Shown here piece after piece: positions 11,693 to 25,100 of a DNA stretch of 64,000 nucleotides (position 1 is its first letter; each line of letters opens with the position of its first letter). The notes under the pieces are model-generated. The model had not been told where the DNA came from, did no database searches, and worked only from the letters and a program-made list of their open reading frames with translations. The position numbers and the translations under genes are program-made. The stretch comes from Tubulanus polymorphus (lineage: Eukaryota; Animalia; Nemertea): positions 1,201,950 to 1,265,949 of the forward strand of contig NC_134026.1 of assembly GCF_964204645.1 (NCBI RefSeq). Direction: 5' to 3'.

Positions 11693-14600
11693 ATGGAAGC
11701 AGGTAGGCAATACATTTAATCACTCAATGATTCATGTATTTTTGTTTATGTATTTCTTTTTCTTTTATAAGAATATCTATTCAAATTATCGAAACGATGA
11801 ATTGTATTCTATAATCTTTTTTACAAAAAACTTGATTTTGTTAAAGATATTTTAGATGTTTAAGATTTTAAACATGAATTGTGTACGACAATTTGTGAGA
11901 AAGTTTCCAAGTAGTCGGCATTTTTATAATTATCGTTAATATGTGATTTACTGATTTACGATTAACTTTTGTATTTCATATAAACAACGCCAAAAATATT
12001 TGACCGCTAAAATTTAACGGAGTTCGCGGAGGCATTGAGTTAAACGTAGTAAATATTTGAATTCAAGGTTTAATCGGATATCAAAGCCATTAGCTATAAC
12101 GTGTAGTCAGTGATTAGGTGAAATATTAAACCAACACAGTGTTTATTATTAGTGAGCTTTGTGCCACTAACTATAAATGCGACTAGGTACATATTTCAAT
12201 TCTAATTATTGACCGCGAAATTTGTGCGAGAATTTACTGAATTCATTTAATGGATTCGTGGATGTTTAAGTCATTGTGCGCTGCTTTTACGATTGTAGTT
12301 CAATCACTGTTTCAACGACTTCTAAATGAAAATCGGTTGTATTCAAACGATTTTTCACCACGCACCGAATTCGAGGCATGAGAGAAATGGTCGTCTTTTA
12401 AAATGGCCTGAAATGAACAATAAATGATTCGTTATTTTTAGTGCTTTACGCAAAACTACAAAGGACTGAACTAGATTTCATCCGATCCGAGTAACTTGCC
12501 TGTTAAGCACTTCCGGTGGTAAGATTAACTAAAACAGGCGAAAATCAACCTAAGGTTTCTAATGATATTGTGTTTTCAGTAATGATACAGACGCGAACGG
12601 CTGAGTAATTATTCATTGGGTACAAAAACTCATTTTTGGCACAACGCATTACATTCGATATTCCATTTCAAGCATATCGAATTTATTTCTGTCTTTTCGC
12701 CCCAATGTTTGTCGAATCGGTTTAGTTTTCTAATCCAAAGGTCGGTTTGTGAAGTGTAAGATGACTGCTACACGATTTCAACCAGCGCGTTTATCGTATA
12801 TATTCATTTATTTCAACTGCCGCCGATGTGTTGCTGAAATAGTTCTGCAAAACGACGTCAATTTTTCATTTGACATGTGTAAATAACGAAACTTATTGAA
12901 CATCGATATGAGAAGTGCGAACGCCCACGCCGCAAATTAAAAATCTACTTCATTCCGAACTGTTAAAAAACTGAGTACGCTCCTCGGCCTGGCAATAAAA
13001 CGGTTAAATTCTGATACTTTAACCTATAGACATTATTTCCCAACATCACGAAGTGTCTCGAAGAGTCTATAGATTGCTATTTGTGTCTCACTCTGACGAC
13101 TATTCAAATTCTACGTCGCAAAAGTGATCTACTTTACAAAAAGATATATGTGTCAAGATCCTCATATTAATCAAATCAATGTAATCCCGTTTGCGTGGGT
13201 GATGTCACCATCGAGTGGTTAATCATTGCATACGTAACATCTATAAAAATACTGTGCATTTCGTGTTAAAGTTATCGTTTTCATTTTATTGAATGAAATA
13301 TGTTTAAAACTACACGAAATAAACGTGTGATTTGTTGATCTTTTTTCTCAGTATCAATCCGTGATGTAACCGTGTTACTACTCGTCTTCTTGTGCGTGAT
13401 GTCTCAAACGCAGTCACTGCCAGTGGAAGAACGGGGCGCGTTCTATCGGGATATTCTGCGTCAGCTTCAACGCGGCACAAACGTCGTACAGCACCGAACC
13501 TTTTCGGACAGATTCGGCCAACAAGACGACGGGGAGAAAGATCTGATCGACGGACGCGTCCGGCGCGGATCTCCTGAATATCTCACCGTCGTTAGACAGA
13601 AGCTCGACCACATGGCTTCATCGGCACTAGATCTAAAATATCGTTTACAAGAGACCTTCCAGGATTATGTAAGTAAATACTCGCAGTGGATCGTATTTTC
13701 TGTTACGTTAATGGTGTTAGTTGATTCGTTCTGATAAATCAAGATATTTAAAGTTTTAGAACTAACATATATCATCGATCGTCTAGTGGTATTTGGTTAA
13801 CACCGTGCCACATAAGTCGTTGTTAATCCCTGCTTCGACGAGTGCTCGGTAAACGTTAGAGTGACCGGAAATAGATCGTATCAATTAACTAATTCCTCTA
13901 TGACCTTGGAAGGTCAAACATGTACAGCGCGATTATGACCACTGTAACAGTGACGTATATCGTATGATCTCAGAGATAATAGTTAACGTAAATTAGGCGG
14001 CTGAATTGTAATATTGCAGAATTATTTATAGTTGATAGTTCGGTATTAATTCTAATTCTAGATATCCGATATTTTAGCGGTATAGAAATGTCCGTGTTAT
14101 AATTTCTAACGATAATTAGATCCACAGCAAGATTGTGTTGATGAATATATTCTTCTTGAAAAAAAACGCTCGTCTTTCGCCCATATGATGATGGTTACTA
14201 CGATTCATAGTGCAATCTTTAATCTACTCTTAAATACGGGAATCAATATTTGAATTGAATGAAAACTTTTACTCTTTTGGTAGATTTTGTATTTGATAGA
14301 AAGGTAATCTGCTGATAATACGACGGATAAACTGATCTATTCTCAATGTAGCACAATAAACGATCGCACAATTAGTGATATCGTATATTTATTTATCGAT
14401 CCCACGGCTTCGCGATCAATCTAAATCTCATCTTCATAGAAACATTACTTTTTACTCTTTGATTGAGATTGAGATTAAGATATCGTTATTAAAGAAGTTT
14501 CCAGTTTCTAGGCGCCATTTCGTGGCGGTCGCTCGAGGTCCCCATTGTTGCGATAATTTTTTTAGTCTTTTGTGAAACATAAGATATTACCAATTAAATG

Positions 14601-16596
14601 GTCGTTCATCGGGCAATTTACTGGATGCTGTTATCGTTTTCTATTCTAACAGGATTTCTGTTTTGTTGCTCTAATTTCATAGTGCATTCGTCGAAAGCGA
14701 GCGATTCCTGCTGACAAATTCAAAAACTGTGAAATATTTGCCGTTGCTATGACTAATCATCCGCTTCTCGAGATTCCGGAGATGACCAGCCACGATACCG
14801 GCTTACAAAATCTCAACGACGTTTTACAGGTTTGATATACTTTCTTAAAGCTCACTTCCGTTCAAACTAACCGATGAACAATATTTCAATTCTATTGATT
14901 TCATCAAAAATATTGCTGATAACTATAACTCACAGATCGTGTTTTTCTTTGAACTGCACATTAAAGCCTCGTCACTCAAACATATAGAAATGAATGACAG
15001 AATGTAACCAGTATAACCGTTCAGAAGTTGGTTTGATTATGATTATGATATTCTTTATTTCTGGATGCATTGAAATTACATATAAATATAGAAACATTAT
15101 ATATATAAAAAAATAATTTCACATATAGTCTAATGAGTTATAGATAATTTCAATAGAACAGCAGGGATGCCAAACCTTGGTTTTAACCATCGGAATACGA
15201 AGTAACCCCGTTCAAACTTTCACTACGGTTACCTTTTAATCTACTTTCGAGCCTGGCCCCTGGTTTTATAGCATTCTAAATACGGAGCTATCGGAATCGT
15301 ATTACGAGCGAGATTCATATTTGTTCTACATGAAACCTGATATGAAGAGTTGGTGGTGATTCTCGGAATCAACGGTTTCTTTTTTTATACCTGGCGCATC
15401 GTCACACTCGCAGCAACTGCCGTCACCTTTAGAAATAAACCCGTTCAGCAGAAGATGGAAGCGTGTATCGATGAATGAATTGCAATTTGAAAACTTGTCG
15501 TTCATTGAAACAGCTTTAAACGAGAGTAATGTCTGCGATTCTGCTTCAATGCTTAAAATCAACAGCTGAACTCTATCGGCTGTGTTTGTGCTTAATTGAT
15601 CGTCGATGACGAGAGGCGGGGGTGGAAATAACAAATTAGCTTATGAATCTTCCAGCTGATTAACTGTAAAGACAACTTCCTTTCGTTATAACATTCACGC
15701 GTTAGATAACAAATAGACTGAAATAAATCTATAGTGTTGATAGCTCATTTTTTCGATTGAATAATATTCTTGCGGCTAATCATTTGACAATTATGTACAT
15801 TCAAACAGGAGATGCTGAATCGAGCATTGAACACTATGAAAAGATTCAAGAAAGTAGTCATCAATGTAACGACTATGGAAGAAATGGAAGTGTGCAAACA
15901 CAATTTGTTGGCCGATAAAGCCTGTCATATAGACTGTTCTAAAGAAGGCAACGGTCACGAATTCTGGTGTCAAATGGAGACAATAACAAAACGATTGAAT
16001 TCGTTAATTGCCCACATCAAGATCACGGTAGGCAACACTCGTTTTGTAAAAAATGCTACATTTATTGTTTTTTCTTTTACTGAATTATTCCCAAGGCTAA
16101 TGCCGGTATTTGATATTCCCGAGTGAGTTAACTCCTACAGATTCTCAGAAAGTTTTCCGAATTAGCCCGACCTTGCCCCCACGTTTAAAGTAAGGTCAAT
16201 CTCATCCCAGTACTCCTACAATTTGAGGGATCAGATCAAGCATCATTGTGAATGCATCCAGTTTCCGTTCTTGTAACACCATTGTAACATAGTTATTATT
16301 AACCCACGTATAGCCGTCGAAACGGCCACCCCGTTCTTTTCTGTACACGGATAATCGTCGACAATGTAAGAATAATAATCGTGTAGATATTATTTTGTAT
16401 TTTGGCTGCTTGATTGCAGATGAACGAGTTGCATTTAACCCTCGAAGAATTCCAGATCATGATGAACATAATGGAACCTTCCTCTATATCTAACTCGCAA
16501 CGCTTGGCGTACAACTTCGCCGCACTTCACCGTCTCATGGAACAGACAACAGAATTTTATGAAAAAGTCATCGAGTTGCAGAATCGCATTCCGTGA
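11693..16596 (+). CDS. Secreted 289-aa precursor, putative long-chain four-helix-bundle (IL-6/CNTF/LIF-like) cytokine with signal peptide, pro-region and furin site
   Basis: Exons 11693-11702 (ATGGAAGCAG|gtaggc), 13352-13668, 14683-14829, 15809-16027 and 16420-16596 give an 870-nt in-frame CDS with GT-AG introns of phase 1,0,0,0. Signal peptide is MEAVSIRDVTVLLLVFLCVMSQTQS, followed by an RVRR|GSPEY furin site, four long amphipathic segments and 6 Cys. The gene model is well supported; the cytokine fold is inferred. Confidence 0.75.
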
Positions 16597-17687
16597 GCGC
16601 ATTAACGTTATTGACTGCATCTTTTGCGGCCGATGCAAGCAAATCTGTGATACGGGAGCGCGCAATCACCAAACGACAATTTAACGAATTTATTCTGCAT
16701 ATTTTCCAACGCCAACAAAAACAGAGGAAAGCCATAGATGTTTACCATGAAAAATCAATAGCTTGATTAACCAATATCAGAAATGAATTTCAATCAAATC
16801 AATTTTGATCCAACCAGATAGATAGGCATCATCAGATCAATATCGTCATCATGGCCGTCAGGGTAAAAATTCCCCCCGAAAATACTCTTCATAGAAATAT
16901 TGCATTACAGACCCGTCGATTTGTTCGCAAAAGACATATGTGGCCTGGCTACCCACGTAGTAGCAGTGTTGGTAATTTTTGTCATTTCGAGATCTTATAG
17001 TAGGTACTTTGACTTTCGTTACGAATAAGAAAAAAATAACTTCTAAAATCTTTGAAATGATCATGTGATCAGATAGAATGATTGCTACTTCTAAGAGACG
17101 GAGGCTGCTCTCAATATTGCCCTCAAACCAAAACAAACGAAGACAACGAAAACGAACTTGCACATCTAATGTAACAATAATTGAGTACATATCAATCGAG
17201 TATGAATAAGTAAATATACATATAAATATTATCGTGTGTCTTATATAGTGTGACCGTCCTTTGCGAGAAATGTTTTAAGTGGACTTCGATCTTGGAGTTA
17301 GCGAAATTCTAACAACAGAGAGATAATTTCACCGAGTTCCACATTACGTATATATCACATTTCATATCTGGTGTATACGATCATCGTATATCACAAAAAC
17401 AACACAAAGACAACTATATTATGTAAGTGAGATCAATATCTACTATCGTTCAATGTGTGTGCGTGTGTGTGTAACGATTTTTGTTTTGAATTTTAAGTGG
17501 GCCGACATCTATGTAGAATAAATCAGCGTGTTCAATGCGCTACATCAAAAGATAACGAATAACTCGTTTTTATTCATTTTTTTGCGTTTTTGTGAAGTTA
17601 AGACAAATAACATCTTCCGACTTGCGCTTATTGAAGAAATGAGGTCCGCATTTCTAGGACAGGAAATATTTTTTTCTGACGGACGTG

Positions 17688-18050
17688 CCTGATCGTGCCG
17701 AGTCCAGGAGCCCGTTACCTGATCGTGCCGGGTCCAGGAACCCGTTACCTGATCATGGCGGGGACCAGGAGCCCGTTACCTGATCGTGCCGGGTCCAGGA
17801 GCCCGTTACCTGATCGTGCCGAGTCCAGGAGCCCGTTACCTGATCGTGCCGGGTCCAGGAGCCCGTTACATGATCTTGCCGGGTCCAGGAGCCCGTTACC
17901 TGATCGTGCCGGGTCCAGGAGCCCGTTACCTGATCGTGCCGGGTCCAGGAGCCCGTTACCTGATCGTGCCGGGTCCAGGAACCCGTTACCTGATCGTGCT
18001 GAGTCCAGGAACCCGTTACCTGATCATGGCGGGGACCAGGAGCCCGTTAC
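17688..18050. repeat. GC-rich minisatellite, ~12 copies of a 30-bp unit CCTGATCGTGCCGGGTCCAGGAGCCCGTTA
   Basis: Direct tandem periodicity of 30 bp. Two 31-bp variant units (CCTGATCATGGCGGGGACCAGG...) occur as the 3rd and last units. Confidence 0.95.
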
Positions 18051-19126
18051 TCGAAACGACTTCGCATTTCTTGAAAGTTTCCTCAAATCATTACGAAAAA
18101 AAGTAAGAATGAAATGTCGAGATGAGTCGGGAATAAAATGCTAAAAGAAAACTGAAAAATAAAGCCGTTCCGTAGGATATTGTATCTACTTGCAAGCTAT
18201 CGCTCAGTAACATTTAAGTCGTAGATGATTTTTCCTACCTTTCCATAACTAAGAATGCGTTCAATAGTGCAGGCTCTCCGGAAACTCCGCTTATTTTTTC
18301 ATTGCGAATTCGATCGTTTCAAAAACTTTTGAGCCAAAAGTTTTGATAAGGATAAGACGTTCAAAAAGATTTGTCTACAACATATTTTTTATTTGAAATA
18401 ACAGTGCGAGGTTTGTATGAAGAAGCGAATTAAATAGAAGTATAATTTCAATAATTTAACCCTGTATAATGGTATCACAGTCGCAAACAAATGAATGTTT
18501 TTCAAAAATAGATAATAAACTGCAATGAGCGAAATTCTATGATTTAGTAATCAACAAAAATCCAAAATCATGTCGCATCTGCGAATTTGATATAACCAAT
18601 GCACCTGCGCAATACTAGTAATAGTGGACATTATCACAATAAACATACGATAATATATACATATTTAGTAAAATCTTTAAAATTTAACATTCTTGAAAAC
18701 TTTGATACAATTAGAATTTGATTTTACATATTTGAAAGTAACAAAAAGGTTAACGGGCGTGAGCCGATCCGATGGGTTATACTATATGATATGTGTTATA
18801 AAAATCATAATATATAAATATATAAAAACGTCATTAGCAAAGTTATATATGGATATTGTCTTCATAATTAAAAGGCCTATAGTAAACTATGATAAATAGA
18901 TCATTATCGGAAACTGGAAACTCATGGTAACTGGATTTTTCAAGCCGAATAATATCTTCTATTATTGATGAACTTAAATTTGATATAATTCTAGCCTACT
19001 GTGTAACACTCGTGGGGATTCGAACCTGAAATGATCGGGAACTCGTGGTTACGTATTCGGTTCGAACTCTGTACGAAGGATTAATTGATAACTGTCCTAA
19101 GTGGCATAAATTACATCGATATCAAT

Positions 19127-22100
19127 TTAATAGAGGGGGTCTTCGATAACGGCGGTTTTTTCGATAGGAAGAGGTGGTGGTGGCGGCGTTTCATTTCGAA
19201 GTTCCAGTGGTTCTACGTCGGAATATTTATCTTTGGTGGCAGCTTTCTTTCTATAAAGGTTATTGAGAAAAAAAAGGAATAGAATTTCAATCTAAGAACG
19301 AGCATCGATGACGGAGGCGTGATAAAACTACGCAATAAATCGCGAAAAAGATTTAAAACATCAAAACTATAAAGAATTTATTAAAAACTCGAATTTTCGG
19401 TTTTATCCTAAAAGCCATTCTCAAGAGTTAAATCTTTTTCGAACTTGTGATTGTGGGACTCATATTTCATCGATGACGGAAGATGAATCAGATGATATGA
19501 ATACGTTACGACTAAATTACTAAATGAATTTCTAATGATCATTTTAACTTTTTACGTAGAATTAACAAAACATAACCTGCTATAAAATGAATTGTAAATC
19601 CCTGTATGTAACTTACGCCTTTACGTGTTTGTAGATGACAACTCCCAGAGCGCCCAAAACAATACAAACACAAACCACGACTATAATGATAATATCGGTC
19701 GTATCCAAAGTTGTTGGTCGTTTGATCTTGTTGTGTTTGAGGAGACACGCGTCAGCTGAAATGAACGAAGGAAATACTTAAATGTAGCGGATCGGAGCGC
19801 AAGCCAAGTCGGAATGGGCTTATTTTCAGTAATATCGTATTCTATACCATAATACATCCAATGAATACTCAATGTTTTCAAATTAAATCTCACAACCCAC
19901 ATGTAAAGCCAACGTATGGATTCTAGTCTCAATAAATTGTTTGATAATCTAATTAAGATCATCCTTGTATCGCCAAGTTTTGCCGTTACTCCCTCAGCGG
20001 GGAATTTTTGTTCTTACGTACTATTTCTTTTAGATAAACATTTCATTATTCCACAAAGCGATTTGAAAAAAATACAATTTATACAGATCAAAGTTTATGA
20101 GCGAATTGAGAAAGAATTTAACTTACTTTGGCGAAGCGTGTAACCGTACGGATTCTTTTTAGCGTCGCAGTAGAGACACGAGTCAGTGACTTTACTTTCT
20201 CCAGGTGCCATGCAGTCACCGGACGGTAAGTTACAAATACCAGCCTGTACGATATTAGATATACGATATCAGATATGTGATATACGATATTAGATTATAG
20301 ATATACGATGAGAAGTTGCTTTTAGTTAATTGACGTGATATGCTTGTTAACAATCACGGAAATCAGTAAAACCTTACGGATGTATGAATCAAGATTTTGA
20401 CTTGTTTTGTAAAATCGTAAAACCAACAGCCAATGGGTGCAGATGTTTATACCTTCTTCGTGCAAGTTGGAGTCTCTGCGTTACATTCGTGACAGTTCGG
20501 GTCAAAAACAAGATACAGCAAAGAATCACCGGGGTTTATCTTATTGTTGCTGAGAGACACAGAGTAACTATCGTTCTTGGTTGGAAGTACGCAGATGACT
20601 TGCGATTCGGTTACAAAGTTCGCTTTCGAGATAACTGGTGAGCCAACTGTTTCAGCTGAAGTAGTTATCTAAAACAAAAAGAATATTCTAGTTTTCATCT
20701 TTTATTTCGGCTAAAACTCTTTCAAGAAATAATTTAAAAAAATATAAATTCAGTCAAACTGATATTGTCACAATCTAATAACTGTATAGTTAAGGCAATT
20801 TAACAATAAATAGTCCAGTTCTGAATAATTGCAAAAAAAATTTTTGCCCCTCATGCGCAACATCTCGTAGAAAATAGTGTAAATAATTGTATGCATGTTT
20901 CTATGGACCTAGAGTGTGTATTGGATGAATTAACGAATAGATGAAAAATTATGTTTCCTAAGGTCTAGAAAGAGGATAGTCACAAGGCGTGCTAGAGCGA
21001 GCTGAAGAATATGTCTACAATATACGTGAGTGCGGCCTTCATAGTCTTTCCGTGAATTTGCTAGTTACTCACTTTCAAAAGCGTCACATGACACGAAAGA
21101 TCATCCGAATTGAAAATATTTGACGCTGTTACCAGCGCTTCTCTGCAGTTAGTAACGCGAGGATTGCAGATTCCGTCTTGACCGATGTTCGTCGGAATTG
21201 GAGCTTCCGTCATGTTCACCGAGCAAGATTCGCCGTCCCAACCCGGGTAACAGGTACAATTTCCTGCAATGTCAATCAAACAGCTTTCAAAACACATTCC
21301 AAAATAGCCTAGGCCTTTTTTAATTAATCGGAGTACAGGTGTTTCAAAAGAGAAAATGGAAAGCGATTGGATTACAGGTGTTTTATAACAGTTGGGAACA
21401 GATAAAAGATAAGTACAGTTCTTGTATCATTCGAGTATTTCCACATAAAACATTGGAAGGACTGCGGAAAGAAATTTTTAAAAAGAGTGGAAATTGTGTC
21501 GAATTCGAATGATGGCAAAAACGGAGAAAAATTACTCTTTGCTAATCAATACATTGACAATTCTGACGGAAATATCGAAAAAAGAACACGACCAACGAGG
21601 GCCGAATATAATTAAAATTCATATGACGCTCTTGGTGGAATTCCAATTACCAAAATGAAACTATAATTACTGATTAAATGAAGGATAATGAATTCAGTCG
21701 CTAACACGCAGATACTGTAGATAATCTTACCTCCTTCGCACGCTCCTCTTAAGTTACATTGTCCAGGACAGCTGTTCGCAACCATGAATGTGACAATAGC
21801 CGCTCCAGCAGGAGTGTCTGCAAAATCTGGATCTGCGTCGATAGCATTCTGACACGAGGCTTTCATAGATTCGAGCGCACCTATTGCGCTTGCGTTCAAA
21901 TCACCGCTAGCCTATGTGAAATGAAAAACCTTACGTAAATAAACAAGAAATGAATTGCTAGAAAGTTTACCTTATAAGGCGAAACTTGTTCAAATTCAAA
22001 CCTGTATATCTTCGACACATTGCGTGAGCGTAGTCGACAAATCTAGATCATTGCTGGGAACGTTTGCTACTAACGCACATTTCGTGTACATTTCATTTTG

Positions 22101-25100
22101 AAACAAATAATCTCCGCAAGCTTCTTCCGCCAGTGCCTTCGTCCAAGGAGGTGTCCAGTCAGTGTCGTTCTGTGAAAGAGGTTTATTCATTCTTTTTAAT
22201 TATTTGTATACAATAACCACGACGTATTATCTATTCATCCACCACTACCTCACCATTTTTACAAGATTAACTATAATATTCTCTGTAAAGATATCGTCAT
22301 TATACGAAAAAACCTTAACCGAATCAGCGTGTTAGACTTACACTAATAGGATTGAAATTAGGATGTTCCTCCGGGAGATCAACTGGATCATCCTCTACAG
22401 CTCTTCTCCTTCGCTCACGTTGTTCAGTCTGAGCATCTCCTTCGTTATTGTTATTGTTATTGTTATTAGCATTAGGAGTTTCTTCTTCTTTAGGAACTTT
22501 CACTTGTTCTTCTTTTTTCTCTTCAAATCTGAGCTTCGTACTGGTTTTAAGGAACTCTTTAGTTTTGTCCTTCATGCCTCTTTCTGAATTATACGAAACA
22601 AAATGTTGTTTATGTAATAAGAAGCGTTGGTGGTAAAGTGTACAAAGAAAAAAAGAAATAAATTGCGGTTAAGCAAATGACCGAAGTTAGCAAGAGATTT
22701 GCAATATTTTCATAAAGTCCAATGAAAACTTGGGCCCTCTCGGTTGTGCTCTTCCAGAAGAAAAATTATCTTATTTATCTTCTGATTGTCGCGTTTTGAG
22801 AATTTCTGCCAAATATTCAGTCACTGCAACGGCGGAAAACGTCTATCGTGAAGAATTCTATCTTTTCCGTAAGAGTACAATCAAAAAGGGCCTTTGTCAA
22901 AACAACTGAACTAATATAAGCAAAAATATGCTTGTACGACTCAATGGATTTTGTTGCGCGATCCAGATACACCGTATGTGATCGGCTTGCGATTTGCTCC
23001 AATGATACTCACGAATAATGTAACATGTTTCGGTTGCTTTGTCATCGCCGCAAATAGCATCTTTTCCTTTCGCTACGAGGCAAAGTCGAGTCGGGGGTTT
23101 TTTCACTACTTTTACTTTTTTCGGGAAGTAGATCATCGTCTCGCGTACGGGAATTCTTCAATAAAAGGAATTTATACATAAAGACTATTCTTTCGAAATG
23201 TTGAGATTTTTAAATCTGTTCTTCAAATTAGAAGACAAAATAATACGTCATTTTCTCAGAATTCGTTGGCAATATATTATCTTTTTGCATACTTATATTC
23301 CTTGTGAAATCGTGATGGATAACGTGTTAACTTTATCACTGATCCATCTTTCATAATCAAATCATTGGCTTTATTCCCGTTAAACCAGCCGCAGAGTCCT
23401 GTAATGATATTGTCTATGTTGAAAATACTGTTAAAACTAAACACTGCATCATCTCTAACTCTGGTTTTCAGCTCGAGTTACGATCGAGCAAAATTCAATA
23501 ATTTGTTAGTTTATCTTGACCTTAGTTTCTTTTTCTTTGGAATGTATCACTATTTACAGTTAGCTGGTCAGATTATAATTTTCAAATCCTTACAATTGGT
23601 TTTTTCGTGACAAAAGGACGTTCAGCAATTTTTTCAAAAATTTCCATATCTACGATAACATAGCGCGATCACAGTCTGAACAGATTGAAATAAAATTCCT
23701 CTAACTTGATGACAGCTTGTGCATAAATTCTGAGCCCGACGATACATGGTTTGAGGGGGTCAAAATATTTCATATTACAAAATATTTTCACATCCTTCGA
23801 TCGAATTAGTTTTTAGCTTTAAAAGCGATACATACCACGAGTCTTTCTGAAATCGGAGGGAGCAGCTGAGACGTAAACCGACATAATCCACTTGGTTTTT
23901 TTCACTGTAACTGACGTCCCGCTTGGTAGAATTACCTAATATTACATCGATATGGAATAAATTTATCCGTTTAATTTGGTTGATTAAATCGGTTAACAAT
24001 TTTATTCAATTTACTAATTCATCTATAATTCCCACCTGGAGTTTGTCGCGTCCATAATACAACTTCATCCCCGGTGCTAATTTATCTTCGATGAAAAACT
24101 TGTAATTAAACGGTCGACGTTTAGGCTTTCTGCATTTCTTTCTGCGACGATTTTTACCGAAACATTTACCACGTCTGGATGGCTTTAAGCACGCGTCCAC
24201 AGTGAATATATTGCCGCGATGGCGGATTGAAACGGCACAGTTACAGCTAGCTCTTCTCGCGCACGGTTCGAGGAATGTTTGTACCTGACGTTGAATAAAG
24301 AATGAATTAACATGCTTTACATGAACAGTTATTTCGCTGATATTCTACGGATATTTCATCCATTTGTTCGATACTTACCTCAGAGTCACTCTCCGTATTT
24401 TCGTAAAGGAGGAACGCACCGATTTTGTAGTTATTGTAATAACTGATGATATGAAATGCAAGTGTATATTTCAAACACGTTTATTTACATCTTATTCTAT
24501 GACAATTTACAAGATGCTTAAACCTAAAGACTTTTAACTTACGCTTTGTCAAACGTTGTGTAATGAGGATCACCAACTGCCTTACAGAACGGTCTTATTT
24601 TGTATTGCGATGACACAGATACCTGACAATTCAAAAAAAAGATTAGTGAATGCATTCGGCCAGTAAGTACCAGGCTAGAGGAGGCAGTGTGCTGATTGAT
24701 GCGCTGGTTAAAACGCGCCTAACGGAATACAAAGACATTGATTACCTGAATTTTCTTCACTACCGTCTCTGAGTCGCGTACACCATTGAGGTAAACGGCA
24801 TAACTAATCTCAATCATTCTATTCACAGGTTTGGATGGTCTCACTCCAATATTTCGGCTAGTTACACTGATTTCGTGCTCGCCTTTCCAATTTTCTTCTG
24901 TTATATCTTTCCCGTGAGAGCCGAATGCAAGCCAGTATATTCCCCTTTTATAACGTTTACAACTGTTACGAAACAAAAAGAACACGATCTAATGATGAAT
25001 CTGAATGTAAATCATTAATCACATACGTTAGACATGGTGGCTGAATCGGGCATACTAAAAATGTTTTCTTTATATGCGGCTAGAAGAATGATGAAAATAT

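Noticed and set aside
13195-13372. TATA-like CTATAAAA (~13242) and the GTG start used by the ORF track for the cytokine-like gene
   Set aside because: A clean acceptor at 13351 and an in-frame upstream ATG exon (11693-11702) explain the N-terminus better. An alternative intronic promoter cannot be excluded.
13777-13845. tRNA-like sequence (GATCGTCTAGTGGT...), plus B-box-like GGTTCGAATCCC on the minus strand at ~19013-19028 and ~49646-49662
   Set aside because: No complete cloverleaf can be folded. At most these are decayed tRNA-derived SINE fragments.
17695-18144. Repetitive ORFs (PDRAGSRSPL / PGPGARYLIV) and a CRISPR-like look
   Set aside because: These are translations of a 30-bp tandem minisatellite. 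There are no unique spacers, no cas genes and no splice context, and the DNA is eukaryotic.
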